A DNA stretch of 64,000 bases, taken from contig OZ024745.1 of assembly GCA_964016885.1 (NCBI GenBank), positions 114,700,001 to 114,764,000 on the forward strand, given 5' to 3'. Origin of the DNA: Eledone cirrhosa. Taxonomy: Eukaryota. Position 1 is the stretch's first letter. Every line of letters starts with the position of its first letter. Below the pieces are notes generated by a model. The model was not told the DNA's origin. It ran no database searches and saw nothing but the letters and a program-made list of their open reading frames with translations. Shown piece after piece: positions 51,314 through 64,000 of the stretch. The translations under genes were made by a program, and so were the position numbers.

Positions 51314-53480
51314 ACTGATTTAGCATATAAATAAATATATGCTTGGCTGACCGAGTCTTTGCAAATTTGTATACAAGTAGGTAGATTTATAAACAAGACC
51401 TAGTCTGGTACAGTATTGTCAAACGCTAGTTTCGTCACAGACGAGAAGTCAAGTACCTCTCGTGTGATTTGGAAGCAATCGCGTAGGAATTTATTTGATG
51501 CCGGCTTTCTTCTTATAGTAATTTTTGTTTTGTTTTATTTTCCATACCTTACGTTATGTTCTGATCTTTACCCTAAGTAATAGACATCAGCGACATTAAT
51601 GAAGTGAAATAACTCAATCTTATAATACTATTGATTTCTTTCATGAAGACTATTTTTTTTAGAAGGCGTAGAGAAATGGTAATGTTTATGAATTAACCGG
51701 GAGCGTTAGCGAGTTAAGTAGTAAATATAAATATTTTTGAATAATTGTTTGCATCCGTAAGGAAATTCCTTTAGACTGTCGGATAAATATTTTTGTAATA
51801 AATAAATATATATATATATATGTATATATACACACGAACTGACTGGCAACCTTAAACTATATACGAATAAGATATTTTCGTTTCTTTATTTCGTGTTCTA
51901 TTGTCAATGATTCCTCTAAAAATTTAACTGGAGATTTTCTTTGATAAATAATACATTTTCTTTGGGGGAATGGAATGTTATGACCAAGATAACCGACCTC
52001 AGTATCTTATGAGTATTTATTTTCTCGGCAGTGGAATATAAAAAACAAAAGTTTGGACCGGCTAAATTTGTATATACTAAAATACAAAAAAAAAATAGAT
52101 GCCTAAAATCATCATATCCGGCGATTTACTCTGTTCACGGGAAATCACTCTGGCGTAAAGATTTGAAACCCCTTTCAAATTACCTCCCGATAATCTGAAA
52201 TTGCTTTCATCATTCACCCGGAGATAGCCTACAGTGACAAAGACACCTTACCACATCTGCGCTGTGTATATTATCGCCCTCTAATTTAGCTAAAACAATA
52301 AATTTTAAACCTTACTACAGGCTATAAACTAGTTTTAGATTGTGAAAAAAAATCATAAGTTGGAAGTGATTTGTTAGGATAATCTGAACACTCATAGGGA
52401 GGTAAATTGAAGCAGGGTACTCTGAAATAGTTACACCGAAATAGAACCGAGTTAATGAGCGAGCCTTGTAATGGTCGGTCGACCTGCTAGAAATGTCAGT
52501 CAAATACCCTTAAATCATACGTCTTAAAATAGGAAATATAGTTCTACATACACAAAAAGATAGGATAGACTCGGGTGGAATACCTTTAACTATGTTTTCT
52601 CGGTCAAAGCCAACATAGGACTAAACAACAAAACCATGTAAACATGAGTCCCTTTATGTAGTTGTTTATAGCAACCAAATTCACCTCAATCACATTTTAC
52701 CACATAAGAAAAGAGAGTGATCGTCACTGCTTGTTGCTCAATTAGAATTGATTAAGGGATGAACATCATATGCCTACATAAACAGATATTTTCTCAGGGA
52801 CGAGAATTGAATCTTGTAATGTTTTCAAGTATTATCGAAGAGAAGTTTTTCGTACGTAGTATAGAAAAATGAAGTGAAGGTTGTGACTTCGAAATACTGC
52901 ATTGTTTTACTGCTTCGTATTTTAACCTTTAAATTGAGATATGATCGAATATCTATATTTATCCTGGAGAAGTTGTTGATCAAAAGCATTCCAAATTATC
53001 CCATCTTGTATACGTGACCACATCTAAGGGTGCAGGGTGTCATTTAGGGGAGAATTGGTTGCTATTTATGCCAGGTCGAGTTTAGCTTGTTTGCAATTGT
53101 CTGTTTTTGGAAAGCGAAAGAAAAATGTACATTTTTTTAAAAAGGTTAATGTTTACTAACATAAAACAATTTATTTTGCATTTCCCTTCCTTTTCAAAAT
53201 ATGTTTTCCTATGCGTAATTCAGATAAAAGTCACTAATAAAAGGTAAATGAGTAAAATACCAACGTTAAAAACATTGGTTACAGCTTAGAGGTGGTGGGG
53301 GGGGGACTATCATAATATTGGTGTTTGGAATTAAAATGGAACTGTTTATAAAGTTACTTGTAATTTTCTGACCTTAATTTATTTTTCAGGACGTGAATAT
53401 TAATCTTCGGCCTACATCTCTTTTTTACGAGTGTTATTCAAGTTGTTTTTAATCGAAGAATATATAGTAACTATTAGTAA
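51314..53480. promoter_or_regulatory. Putative MAP3K4 promoter / 5' region (CpG-retaining)
   Basis: CG dinucleotides are visibly more frequent here than in the gene body; directly upstream of the predicted first exon. Confidence 0.5.
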
Positions 53481-53825
53481 GTGTTTAATAAAATGTATGT
53501 CACTTGTATGTGAAATAACATTGGTCAAGATAAGCTAGCATATAACACGATCTTAGTATTTCACAGCAATACTGTAGGGTCTTACATATGTAAGTTAAGA
53601 AACTTCTGTTAACAGAGAATTCAGCAATTAGTAAGCAAAAACCTTTTCTATAGTGTTTAAAATCTAAAAACAATTAACGTCAATAAAATCGTTTGTTTGA
53701 AATTTTAAGGCAGCTGCATTGTCTATATTGTCTAAAAATTTCTACCAACGCACTTTATTGTTTTTAGATTGAAGTTTTCCAACTTAGTATATTGCCAAGT
53801 AAGAAACCTCTATGTTTCCAGCTAT

Positions 53826-54002
53826 ATTAGGATAGGCTGAAAGGTTCATACGCTGACTATGAAGGAGTGATGCTAGAGTTGTGAAATCATACGTGCATTA
53901 ATTTCAACTCTTCTTACTAATAAGTGCATTGTTTCTTTCCTCGTTTGGTCATTCCATGAGAGTATCTTAGTCAGCCAATGAACTTTTCAGCTGTCCCTCA
54001 TA
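53826..54002. mobile_element. Mariner-like MITE
   Basis: TIRs GGCTGAAAGGTTCATACGCTGACTA / TAGTCAGCCAATGAACTTTTCAGCTGTCCCTCA, TA flanks. Confidence 0.7.
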
Positions 54003-55009
54003 TTAGAACATGTGTGTCAAATGTATCTAATGGCGAAACTAACACATTGTTGGAAAAAAACTATTTTTGGCTGAGTTGTGTAGAAAAGTTAATTGTTCAT
54101 ATTTCTGTTCAATGCTGTATCTATAGCCAAGATAATTATTGCTAGCCCAGTCCTTTTTTTGGCCCACTTATTCCAAGGAGGATCGTAAGGACAGTATCTT
54201 CAAGCACACCTTCCAGTGGGTCCTGTTAAAAGCGAGTGTCTCCTATTGATCTAGCTGGATCCCCAAACGAGCTCATTGATATTATCCAACAATCTTGCTT
54301 GACATCTGCCCCTTGGTTTTGACTAAAATCTCACCAGTGATTCTTTCCTTAGACATTCTAACTACATATTAATTGTATCAGAACTGTGATCTCTCAATTC
54401 TGAGAGGTATCAGCTCTACCTGGAACCGTGATCTCCGAGCTGCACATTATTGAATGATGTTACTCCAAAGACTCTTCGAAGGAACCCTATTTTGGCCACT
54501 TGTATTCGCTAGCCCAGTCCATCAAACTAGATAGTATTAGATAAAATATAAATTAGCATTGTAGTTTAATATAGGGAATTAATGTGGTTTCAGATTCAAT
54601 CTCACTGCATGACATATGGCACAAAGTGTTTTCTATCGTGTCCTTGAGTTGACCAAGGCATTAGGAGTTAAATCTCTGTAGCAAGAATTCAGAACAAATA
54701 TAATGCATTTAGTGAGGCAATCTATCAACACTTATTTCCATGAAATGTATTAATCAGAGTAGAAAAAATAGAGAATAATGTTTTTTTAAGGGGTGCAATA
54801 TTTGTTGGTTTCTTTGGACTGAGTAACAAATGTATAGTCATTATGAATAATATTTCGTTCAAGATATGAGTTTGATAATCAGGTGAGAATAGAGAAGAAA
54901 AGAAAGAAGCAACGCTGTTGGGGATGGCAGACCTTTTGTGGCCAGAGGGAGGTACTAACCAGATAAAAAGTGACTTGATAGGGGAACAGTATTGTAGACA
55001 GTTCAATTA

Positions 55010-57600
55010 AAACTGGGAGACAGGGTTAGAAAAATGGGAGCAGCAAAGAGAAATACCAAGTATCTAAAAGAAAAGCCGGATGATAGGTTTACTTAACATG
55101 TAGAGAAGCAGAAAACAAGGGGTTTGCTAAAGTGATATGAAGATCAACAGGGTGAGGTGTTTCACATTGCAAACCAATGTATCAGTGTGCTGTTGGGGAG
55201 ATGTAAACTCAAATGACTAGCACAGTTAGCCTTACTGACACTCAGAAGAAAGAGGCCTAGAAATACATTTGGAAAGAAGAGAGACTACCCCAGTAGATTC
55301 AAGAAAGGGGCAGTTATATAATTAAAGAAGTTATTAGGGAGATGGAAAAATGGTAAAGCTGCTGGACCATCTGAGATACTGAAATGTTCTGAGACAGTAG
55401 GAGTTGAGCTAGTTACCTGTATAATCTGTCAGTTAATGCATGATGGTATCATATCATTGATTTTTTATGGTATTATGCTCTAGTTAGGAGTAATTACAGG
55501 GGGAATAAAACAGGGATAAAGTTATAAAAGTGTTGGAGTGTGTGCACAACTAATTAGGAAAAGATTCAAATTAGATGAAATGCAGTTTGGATTTCTGCTA
55601 GGAACAAGCACCACAAATGCCTTCCTTATAAGAGTTCTAGAACAATTCCTAAGTGTAAACCACTACACCTAGCTCTTGTAGATCTGGGGAAGTCCTTTCA
55701 CAAAGTAGCACAATCTGTTATCTGGTGATCCTTAAGGAAACTGGATATAGATGATTAACTTGTGAGAGCAGTGCAAACCAGGTACTGTCAGTAAAGTGAG
55801 AGTAGATAATGATTTTAGTGAGAAATTCTGTGCTCACATATTCAAGGCTCAGTCCTCAACCCTCTCCTATTTATTATAGTTCTTCTGATCATAAAGATTT
55901 TTAAGACCAACTATGGTTCCATAGCCAAATCTATGGAAGATCTGTGTTGTGGAAACAGAACTTAGAAATAAAAGGGTTAAGATTAAACCTAGCAAAGACC
56001 AAAGTTTCAGTAAGTAGGAAAGAAGACGACTGATTCCATTAGGAGGAAAGTAGCCCTGCTTGATATGTAAAAAAAAGAGATAGTAGGAACTCTATTCAAT
56101 GTGCTCAATGTTAGGTATGGGTACACAAAGGCAGGCTAACAGAAAGGACATAATTTGCATGAGGCAGATACACAGAAATAAAGGATAGTAAGAGCAAAGG
56201 TAACATAGAAGTAGTTGATAATTTCTGTAACCTAGGTAACTAAACAGTGGATGAGGTTGTTCTGAAAGCATAGTAGAATAAGAACAGGCCGGAAAAGGTC
56301 TAGGGAACTACTACCTCTTGACAACGAAAGGATTTTCTCTACAAGCAAAGGGAAAGTTGTATGATCCTGTGTGAGAAGTGTGATGCTGCATAGCAGTGAG
56401 ACATAGGCAGTAAATGCAGATGATATACAGAGACTTGAGAGAAATGATGTGAGCATACTTTGTTGGATGTTAGTATGCATGAATAAACTGAGAGAAAAAC
56501 TGGATATGAGAGGAATCAGATGTAGTATGCAAGAGGGAAGATTATGAATGATAAATGTTGAGTAAAGAAGTACCAAGAAATTTCAGTGGAAGGAAACTGC
56601 AGGAGAGGGGAACAAAGAAAGACTTAAGAGAGGTTATGAGAGCTGATCTCAAAATGCTGAACCTCATAAAGAAGACACCAAAGGAACATTATTAGAGGGA
56701 TGTTGTGTTGATAAAGACCTGTGCAAAAAGATTAAGAGCAGAAAGAAGAGGAATAATCATTGAGGTCACAGAATGTGTGGGAAAAGAACTTTGACAAACT
56801 AACCAATTACTAATAATAAAGTAAAAATCATATAGTGCATGTTCTTTATTGGAGCATTAGCCTACTCTTCATCGTTGGGAAGTTCTTTATGAAGATCATT
56901 AAATCGCGAGCAAACCAGCAAAGAACAAGCAGGTTTCTGACCTGGGTGCCCTATGGAGATCGAACAAGTGCTTCCAAAAATCATAGCATTCCTACACTCA
57001 GCCTATGTTGGTTCAACAGGCCTGGTCCTGATAAGAAATGATCTCTCTCAGGAATTCGCCATCAAGAAACAAACCGAGAGAGGACCTGAAATCACTGCAC
57101 CTAGACCTTGACAATGCTAAAGTCAGCATGGAAGAACATAATCATGGGAGTCTATTATCCAGTGGCAACCACAGCTGCCCCCAATTGCCAACTAAGGATC
57201 GAAGAAGCACCAATGTAATCTGTACCAGCCCTTTTATAACTCATTAATCCAGCTTTGCTTTCCAGGAAAATGGACGTAAAATGGTGATGATGATGCATAG
57301 ACTGGAGAAAAATGAAGCAACCATGCTTCGTTAGATGTGCAATGAAAATGTGAGAGTGAGGCAGAGCTTGGATGAACTGAGGGAGAAACTGGGTATGCAA
57401 GAGAGAAGACTGCTTTGGTGCAGACATGATGCACATGGAAGGAAGACTTGGGCAGAAGTGGTAAAGACTGATCTTAAATTGCTGAAAATCATAGGGACGA
57501 CAAAGGAATGTAATGTGTGGAGAGAAGTTGTGTTGAAAAGGACCTCTCCAACCTATGCAAGCATGGAAAAATGGATGTAAAAACGATAATGACAATGATT
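55010..57600 (+). mobile_element. Decayed RTE LINE plus additional 3' fragments
   Basis: DEMQFGFLLGTSTTNAF, INLAKTK, LERNDVSIL, ELREKLG remnants. Confidence 0.85.
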
Positions 57601-58655
57601 TAATCCTTTATGTCATTTGTACATATATGCTGAACATTTACGTAATTATATCCTAGAAATAAATTAAGATATTCTTATTTTTAATTATTTACATGTGTCA
57701 GTAATCAACAGAAACAATAAGGTTTCTCTTATGTAAAACATTAATTCATCAAAATACCAATTTACCAGTGTGTATGATGGTTCATCTAGTAATCCTATTA
57801 TACATGGCATACCAGTACTGGCCACAAAAAATTAAATACATTTTTACAATTGATGACAGGGACCACTAGTATATATTTTTTCCCACGATTCCCCTGATCA
57901 TAGCCCCTAATCTACAACTTTCTACAGATTATCCAGCACTCTTGTCAGTTATCACCTCACTTTAGCATGTTTTCCTTTATTAACCTCTAAAAAAGTCTAA
58001 AGTCTGTCTTGAGCCCAGAGGCTCATCAGGTCAGTACTTATCCTGGTTTTGGTGGTGTGAAGCAACAGAGTACAAGATGCCCTCTTGGACAGGAGAAGTC
58101 CACTGCTGGGTTAAATCCGCAGCTATTGCTGATACTCATTTTCAGCTGAGTATACTGGAGTAACATGAAATGAAGTGTTTTGCTCAAGAACACAATACAC
58201 AACATAGTTCAGGAATCAAACCTATATCATGATCGTAAGCCCAACACCCTTGCCACTAGCCCACACACCTCCACTTTGTTAATCTCACTCTTCAATTTAT
58301 TATTCACTAGCAATTTTATTCCCTTATCATGCTCAGTATTTCCATCATATATATTCACCATTGCCGAGGTTAACTTTGCCTTTCATCCTTACAGGGTCGA
58401 TAAAATAAAGTACCAGTAATGTACTGGGTAATTGATGGCCTTGTACCAAACGTAGAAACAATTATTATTAAACATTTCATTTCTCTCCACTTAAGTGATC
58501 TACTTGAAACAGTAAATTTATTTTCCTTGTGGCAAAATAATGAATTCCATTTTCCAAATTCTTTGTATGTACTAACTTACCTTTAGCTTATGGAGACCAT
58601 CATGCATTTCTCTGGATTCTGTTGTTTTACTTTACATTGATAATTCACTATTCCT

Positions 58656-59046
58656 TTAACCCTTTAGCATTTACATTACCCCATATTTACTATTGTATTT
58701 TCGTGGTAAATATAATTATCTCACATAATATTGAATCTATGAGATTTTGATATTATTTATTTTGAGAACAATACATTAACATCAGTATAAGTAGCAGGTT
58801 ACGACCAGTTTGAACAAAAAGAGGTAAGAGAATTGTAGCTGAATAAAGTCGGTTTAACCCCTTAACATTTGCATTACTCTATATTTACTATTGTATTTTT
58901 GAAGTAAAGATTTTACCCCATATAATATTGAATCTATGATTTTGATATTATATATTTTGAGAACAATACCTTAACGTGGCTGGTTATGGCTGGTTTGAAC
59001 AGACAGAGGTGAGAGAATTCGGGCCGGATACAGCCTGAAGGGCTAA
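58656..59046. mobile_element. Head-to-tail dimer of piggyBac MITE family A
   Basis: Two consecutive copies starting at TTAACCC (58656 and 58854). Confidence 0.82.
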
Positions 59047-60207
59047 TTCACTAGGCCAATTAGTAATATATAGCTAAACAATACAACGGCTTTCTTATAT
59101 TTTATATACAAACAGTCTGGGAGATATTAGCTAATATCTGCTGCATACCTGGCACAGTTCTATGTTGCCAACTTGTAAATTTACCATAAATTTGATATCA
59201 CAAATGTTAAACAGATCCAACATTCACATATATGGTGAATTATATTAGTAGGAACTAGTGAAATGTGCTCAATGAGTTTGTTACCATACACCTTTGCTTG
59301 AAATCAAGTACCAGAACATTATATCTTGCATTAAAAAACAATAGATTGTGAAAGAGACGGGAAGAGAACAGAGAGGAAGAAAGAGTCAAAGAGATGGGAG
59401 TGAGAAAGACACTGAGATGTAATTTTAATGGTTTTAAGTTTCTTTCAACATAAGTAAAGTCCTACACAATAACAAGAGGTACAGAGGGAAGGAAAAATAA
59501 TATCAGTATAATGCTAATAGCCCTGGCTAATTTCTGATGCAAAGGAAAATTATTTCAATACATATTTTTAGTTACATAAGACAAAAAAAAATATATATAA
59601 GCAACAATAACATAATGTCTAGCCTTTCTTGATATCTTTTCAATTGACTTGCTGTTCAATTGTCTTTATTTCTGTTATACATATTCACTATACTATACTT
59701 ATTTCTTTGGACTATGCAAGTCCAATTTCTGTAGGGAAGGAGTATAGTCAACTGAAATGATCCCAGAATATATTATTAGTAAAGAGTTTATCATGGATGG
59801 ATGAAAGGCAATGTTGACTTGGTGGGATTTGAACTCTGAACTGAAACATATGAACTTCAATATTACAATCCATTTAGCATAACCACTATGCTAAATCTAT
59901 AACCATTTCACTGGTATCAGAATTCTCTAGTGCAAAAATAGCATAGGTGTAATTTAAGAATTAGTGATTTAGTTGGAGTTCCTTGTAGTACATTCCAATT
60001 CTAGAGTGATAAGAAAAAAAAAATCTAAAAAAATGTGAGCTGTGAATAAATATTTTTTTTGTTTGTCTCTTTTTTTTTTTTGTTGTTGTTACTTTTTTCA
60101 CATCTCTTTCAATGAAAATGACCAATACCCCCAAAAATGCATTGGAAACATAAAAAATTGTGCTTTTCACGGTCTATGAAATTAATTTTTAAAAATCAAC
60201 TGAAATA

Positions 60208-60272
60208 TTAATATCCTTGTAGGCCATTATAAACTTGTTGCTTTGAACTCTGTTCCAAAATTTGTTGTATAC
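60208..60272 (-). CDS. DNAJB11: DNAJB11 last coding exon
   Basis: ctttgcag|GT ATA CAA...; IQQILEQSSKQQVYNGLQGY*, the characteristic DNAJB11 C-terminus; phase matches the previous exon. Confidence 0.93.
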
Positions 60273-62453
60273 CTGCAAAGGAGAGAAAAGTAATTACAAT
60301 AAAATTTAATAGATAAAATGTTATCAAAATTCTAATAACAATTGGATTGAGACAAATATTGATTTCTAATTTAAGTTCAAGGCCAGCATATTTGAGAGAA
60401 GAGCAAAGTTGATTAAATCAACCCCAGCTTTTGACTTGTACTTTATTTTATTGACCGCAAAAAAATAAAAGTCAAAGTTGACCATAGCAGGATTTGAACT
60501 CAGAATGCCATTTTATCCAACACCTTACCAATTCTGCCAATCCTGAATATTGACAATTCTTTTTATCTGTAAAATCTAAAATTACATGCTATGAATCTCT
60601 TGCCAAGACGCAGGGCATAATCTACAGGAATAAAGCGCTCAGTCCACCCTGTAAGGTAGTTATGTTGGTGACACAACAAAAAGCGCCCAGTTCAGTGCCT
60701 CAATAAAAACTACCCAGTCCACACTGTTATGAAAGGCATCCAGCTGTAGAAACCAAGCCAAAATACAGATCCATATGAGCATGACATGGTCTCTGGATCT
60801 GATTTGTCTCATCTAACCCATACAAGTGGGGGAAATGGTCGTTAAATGATAATGATGATGATGAAGTGAATGTTAACATATTTCATGCATGAAGCTGTAT
60901 CAAACAAGAAATTAATATGAAGCAAGAAAAAAAAAACATATTAGTCAATGACATTATTTTCCCAAGGGAGATAACTCAAATATGTTTCAGTCTTGTTCTG
61001 CTCAGATCAGTGTAGCATTGTTTTCATGTGAATGGCACAGTATTCAAATTCTAAAAAATTCTATACAATGTTGCTCAATTGCCAAATGATTTTTTTTCTT
61101 AACGACTTCAGTGAATAGACAGAAATTAATACTTTGATAATGATATCAAGATAAGACTAAAATACGCTTGGAGTTGTCTTCAATATTTGGTCAACAAAAT
61201 GAAAATAATGTTAGTCAAAGATTAATATAATTTTTTCCTTACATCATAAGATTTTTAATGATACATGTATTAAAATATGTTAGTATGTTTGTCATGTAGA
61301 TGATATATCAGAATTATGTAACTTATATAATGTTTAGAGGTAGCAAATTGGTAGAGTCGTTAAAACATTCAGATAGAATGTTTTGTGGTATTCGTTCCAG
61401 CTCTCTGATTTCAAATCCTGCCAAGGTCAACTTTGCTTTTTATCCTCTCGAGATCGATAAAAAAGTACCAGTCTAATACTGAGGTCATTTCTTCCTCTGT
61501 ATCTCTTTCTCAGTTCTGCTCTCTCCTTCTCTGTTAGTAAACAGCTGTGTTCAGACACAAAGAAGGTTTTAAGTGTCCAAAACTGTAAGTTACGGGAATC
61601 TATTAATGATTTTTCTCCTAAATAAAAGTGGGAAGGAATTCATTGACTCCACCAGAAACTATGGCTCCATACACATACACGTTTAGATAACTTCTATTAC
61701 AGCAATCAGGTAAATGTTGGTTGACAAAATTACAAAGTAAGAATATCCAAGAAAGATAAACAATTTGCTCTTAGATGAAGTTGTTTGTAGCCATTATTGA
61801 GTTAGTTGATATGAAGTCAGTTGAATCAAGAGTAGACTTAATATGGTGATTGATGTAGCTCATGTAGAGGTGGCTTGAAAGAATTTTCAAACCCATACAA
61901 GTATAAAACCGGCTATTGTAGGAATTATAGTCTCTTAGAGTAGCTTTAACTGAGGAAGCGGACAGCTGCCAGCCCCCCACTCTCCATCTCTTGAAGACTA
62001 CCTCCATGACCCAGCACCTACTATCACTTCCTCCTTTCCCTTCCCAGAATGACAGCCCTCTCAGCAACATATAGCTGCCACTCAAGTGCACTGTGAATGT
62101 GATGACACTGGTGCCATGATAAAATGCTTCCAGCCTACTCTATAAAGTGGTAGTGCTGGTGCCATGATAAACCCAGCCCATTCTGTGGAGTGGTTGATGC
62201 AAGGAGGGGATCTGAACCACAGAAACCATTCCAAACTGAAACGAATGAGCAGGATGTGGTCATCTGACCTGTTAGTCACGGAATGGGAAAACCCATCTAA
62301 CCAATGCCATCAAGGAAAATGAATGTAAAACGATAATGATGACTGACATTGATAAATATAATTATTTCTCATATACAAATTGAAAAAATATAAAATTAAG
62401 TAAATTGATTCTTCATGCTAAACTTGATAAAAACAAATTAAATTGACACTTAC

Positions 62454-62613
62454 TAGTCTTTTCTTCTTCTGATAATGTCTTTTTAGGGAAATCAACATCA
62501 AATGTAATATAGAGGGCACCAAAAATATTATTATTTTCATAACTGGGCATTCCTTCATTATTTTTCCTCATCCGTGCCCCTGGTCGAGTTATTTTATCTC
62601 TTTTGATGTGAAC
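62454..62613 (-). CDS. DNAJB11: DnaJ homolog subfamily B member 11 (ERdj3), penultimate exon; gene continues beyond the window
   Basis: [53 protein letters not shown]; tttaag / gtaagt; not in the ORF track. Confidence 0.93.
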
Positions 62614-64000
62614 CTTAAATAATAATAATAAAGCACATGAAAAGATGGAGAAGTATGAGCCACTGAAGGAGGTTTTACTGATTCCAGCTGTAATGCATAT
62701 TGGACAGTTTTGAGAACTGTGTAAATAGAATCAGAATTGATGCAATGTTACAGATCAGCAATTCTTGATATAGAAAGGATTTCAGGAAAGCCTTGTCTAT
62801 ATAAGACATAGGAGAGAATGCAGTGAGGGACCTTTGTCAAATGTTGTTAACTGCTCCCTAACTGAAATATCCAGATTGTTTAACATCCAAGTATCTGAGA
62901 TATACTAAAATGAACCATAATAATAATAATAAAATAACATTAACAATGAATAAATAGTAGCAAGGTAAATAACTTTCTGATATGTAAAGTTAGTCAATAT
63001 TTTTAAAGGATTAATTAGAATATAATCAAAATAGTTAGTAAGTAAAATTGAACAAATTAATCTGTTCCTTATAAGTGTTTTCTTTAATGTTTAATGTTAC
63101 TAATACTCTTCTGAAATGTGGGTGGGTGGAAAGAAACTCCCTATTTAAAATTGTCAATAACTTTATTAATTATTGGTTGATTTTCATAAAATATGTTTTA
63201 TTTTGAACAGTATAATGGTAAAAGTATAGTAGTGTTAAAATTCAACATAGGCACCAGTGTTGTCCACCAGTCTTTGTAATCATCTAGGTATATCTTCAAC
63301 TGACTTCATCAGGAACTCAGGCAGTATGTTGGTTAGTACATGACAAATGTATTCCTCTAATTGAGTCAGAGTTTTTGGTTTTGAGCTATAAACTTCTTCC
63401 TTTGCCCACCACCACAGGAAAAAAATCACATGCCATTAAGTCAGGGCATCTTGCTGGCAATTAATGTGGACGTCGACGACTCAGCCAACATCCTGGAAAT
63501 TGCACATCAAGCCACTTATGGACAGTGTGTGCAAAATGAATATGAGGTCATTGATTTTGTCCTAAGTGGTCACAGTAGGCCAAAAGTTATTTTCAATATG
63601 GAGTTTCTTTCCACTCACCATATATAAAAGCAACAATTCCTATTCTTATTTGCTCTTAACCTTTTCATGACCATATTTCAAATGAAATACATTCAATTTC
63701 AATTGATTAATGAAGAATTTTGAGGGATCTACTAACATTATTATTTATTTTATTACTAAAATAATAAATTAACATATGGTTTTGATATATAAAATCATGT
63801 TGGAAAATTTTATTTTAAATAGGAACCCTTTGAAATAAGTGGTTTTATTTCATAGAACCAGTACTGGTTTTGAGCAGATGGTATCAAAAGAGTTTTAATC
63901 AGTAGAACCCATCATATATTGATGGATATTGGTATTGTCTTAGCAAAATTGTACATAGCTAGTCTAAGAAAATAGCTGTTGTTTTAGAGACTATAACAAA

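Overview
AT-rich, repeat-dense animal genomic DNA. The repeat families and microsatellites suggest a coleoid cephalopod, probably an octopus (inference). The window holds a complete minus-strand MAP3K4/MEKK4 gene that I reconstructed by hand: 23 phase-consistent coding exons from 51313 to 7421, 4479 nt, 1492 aa. It also holds the last two coding exons of DNAJB11/ERdj3 (62613->60208, minus strand). Introns are filled with RTE-clade LINE fragments, tRNA-derived SINEs, piggyBac/mariner/hAT-like MITEs, a probable solo LTR and simple repeats. There is no prokaryotic-type system. The most interesting signals concern MAP3K4 RNA processing. (1) Exon 1 has two ATGs; the upstream one is a short overlapping uORF when the 1.5-kb exon 2 is included, but is in frame with the kinase if exon 2 is skipped. 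(2) A ~42-copy 26-bp array rich in RBFOX-type motifs lies just upstream of exon 2. (3) A 111-bp-arm intronic hairpin sits next to the kinase APE exon. (4) There is an AG|GTGAGT recursive-splice-like exon and a terminal GC-AG intron. The RTE LINEs carry a PHD-like finger inside the RT region. All functional interpretations are hypotheses. Repeat boundaries are approximate and counts are manual.
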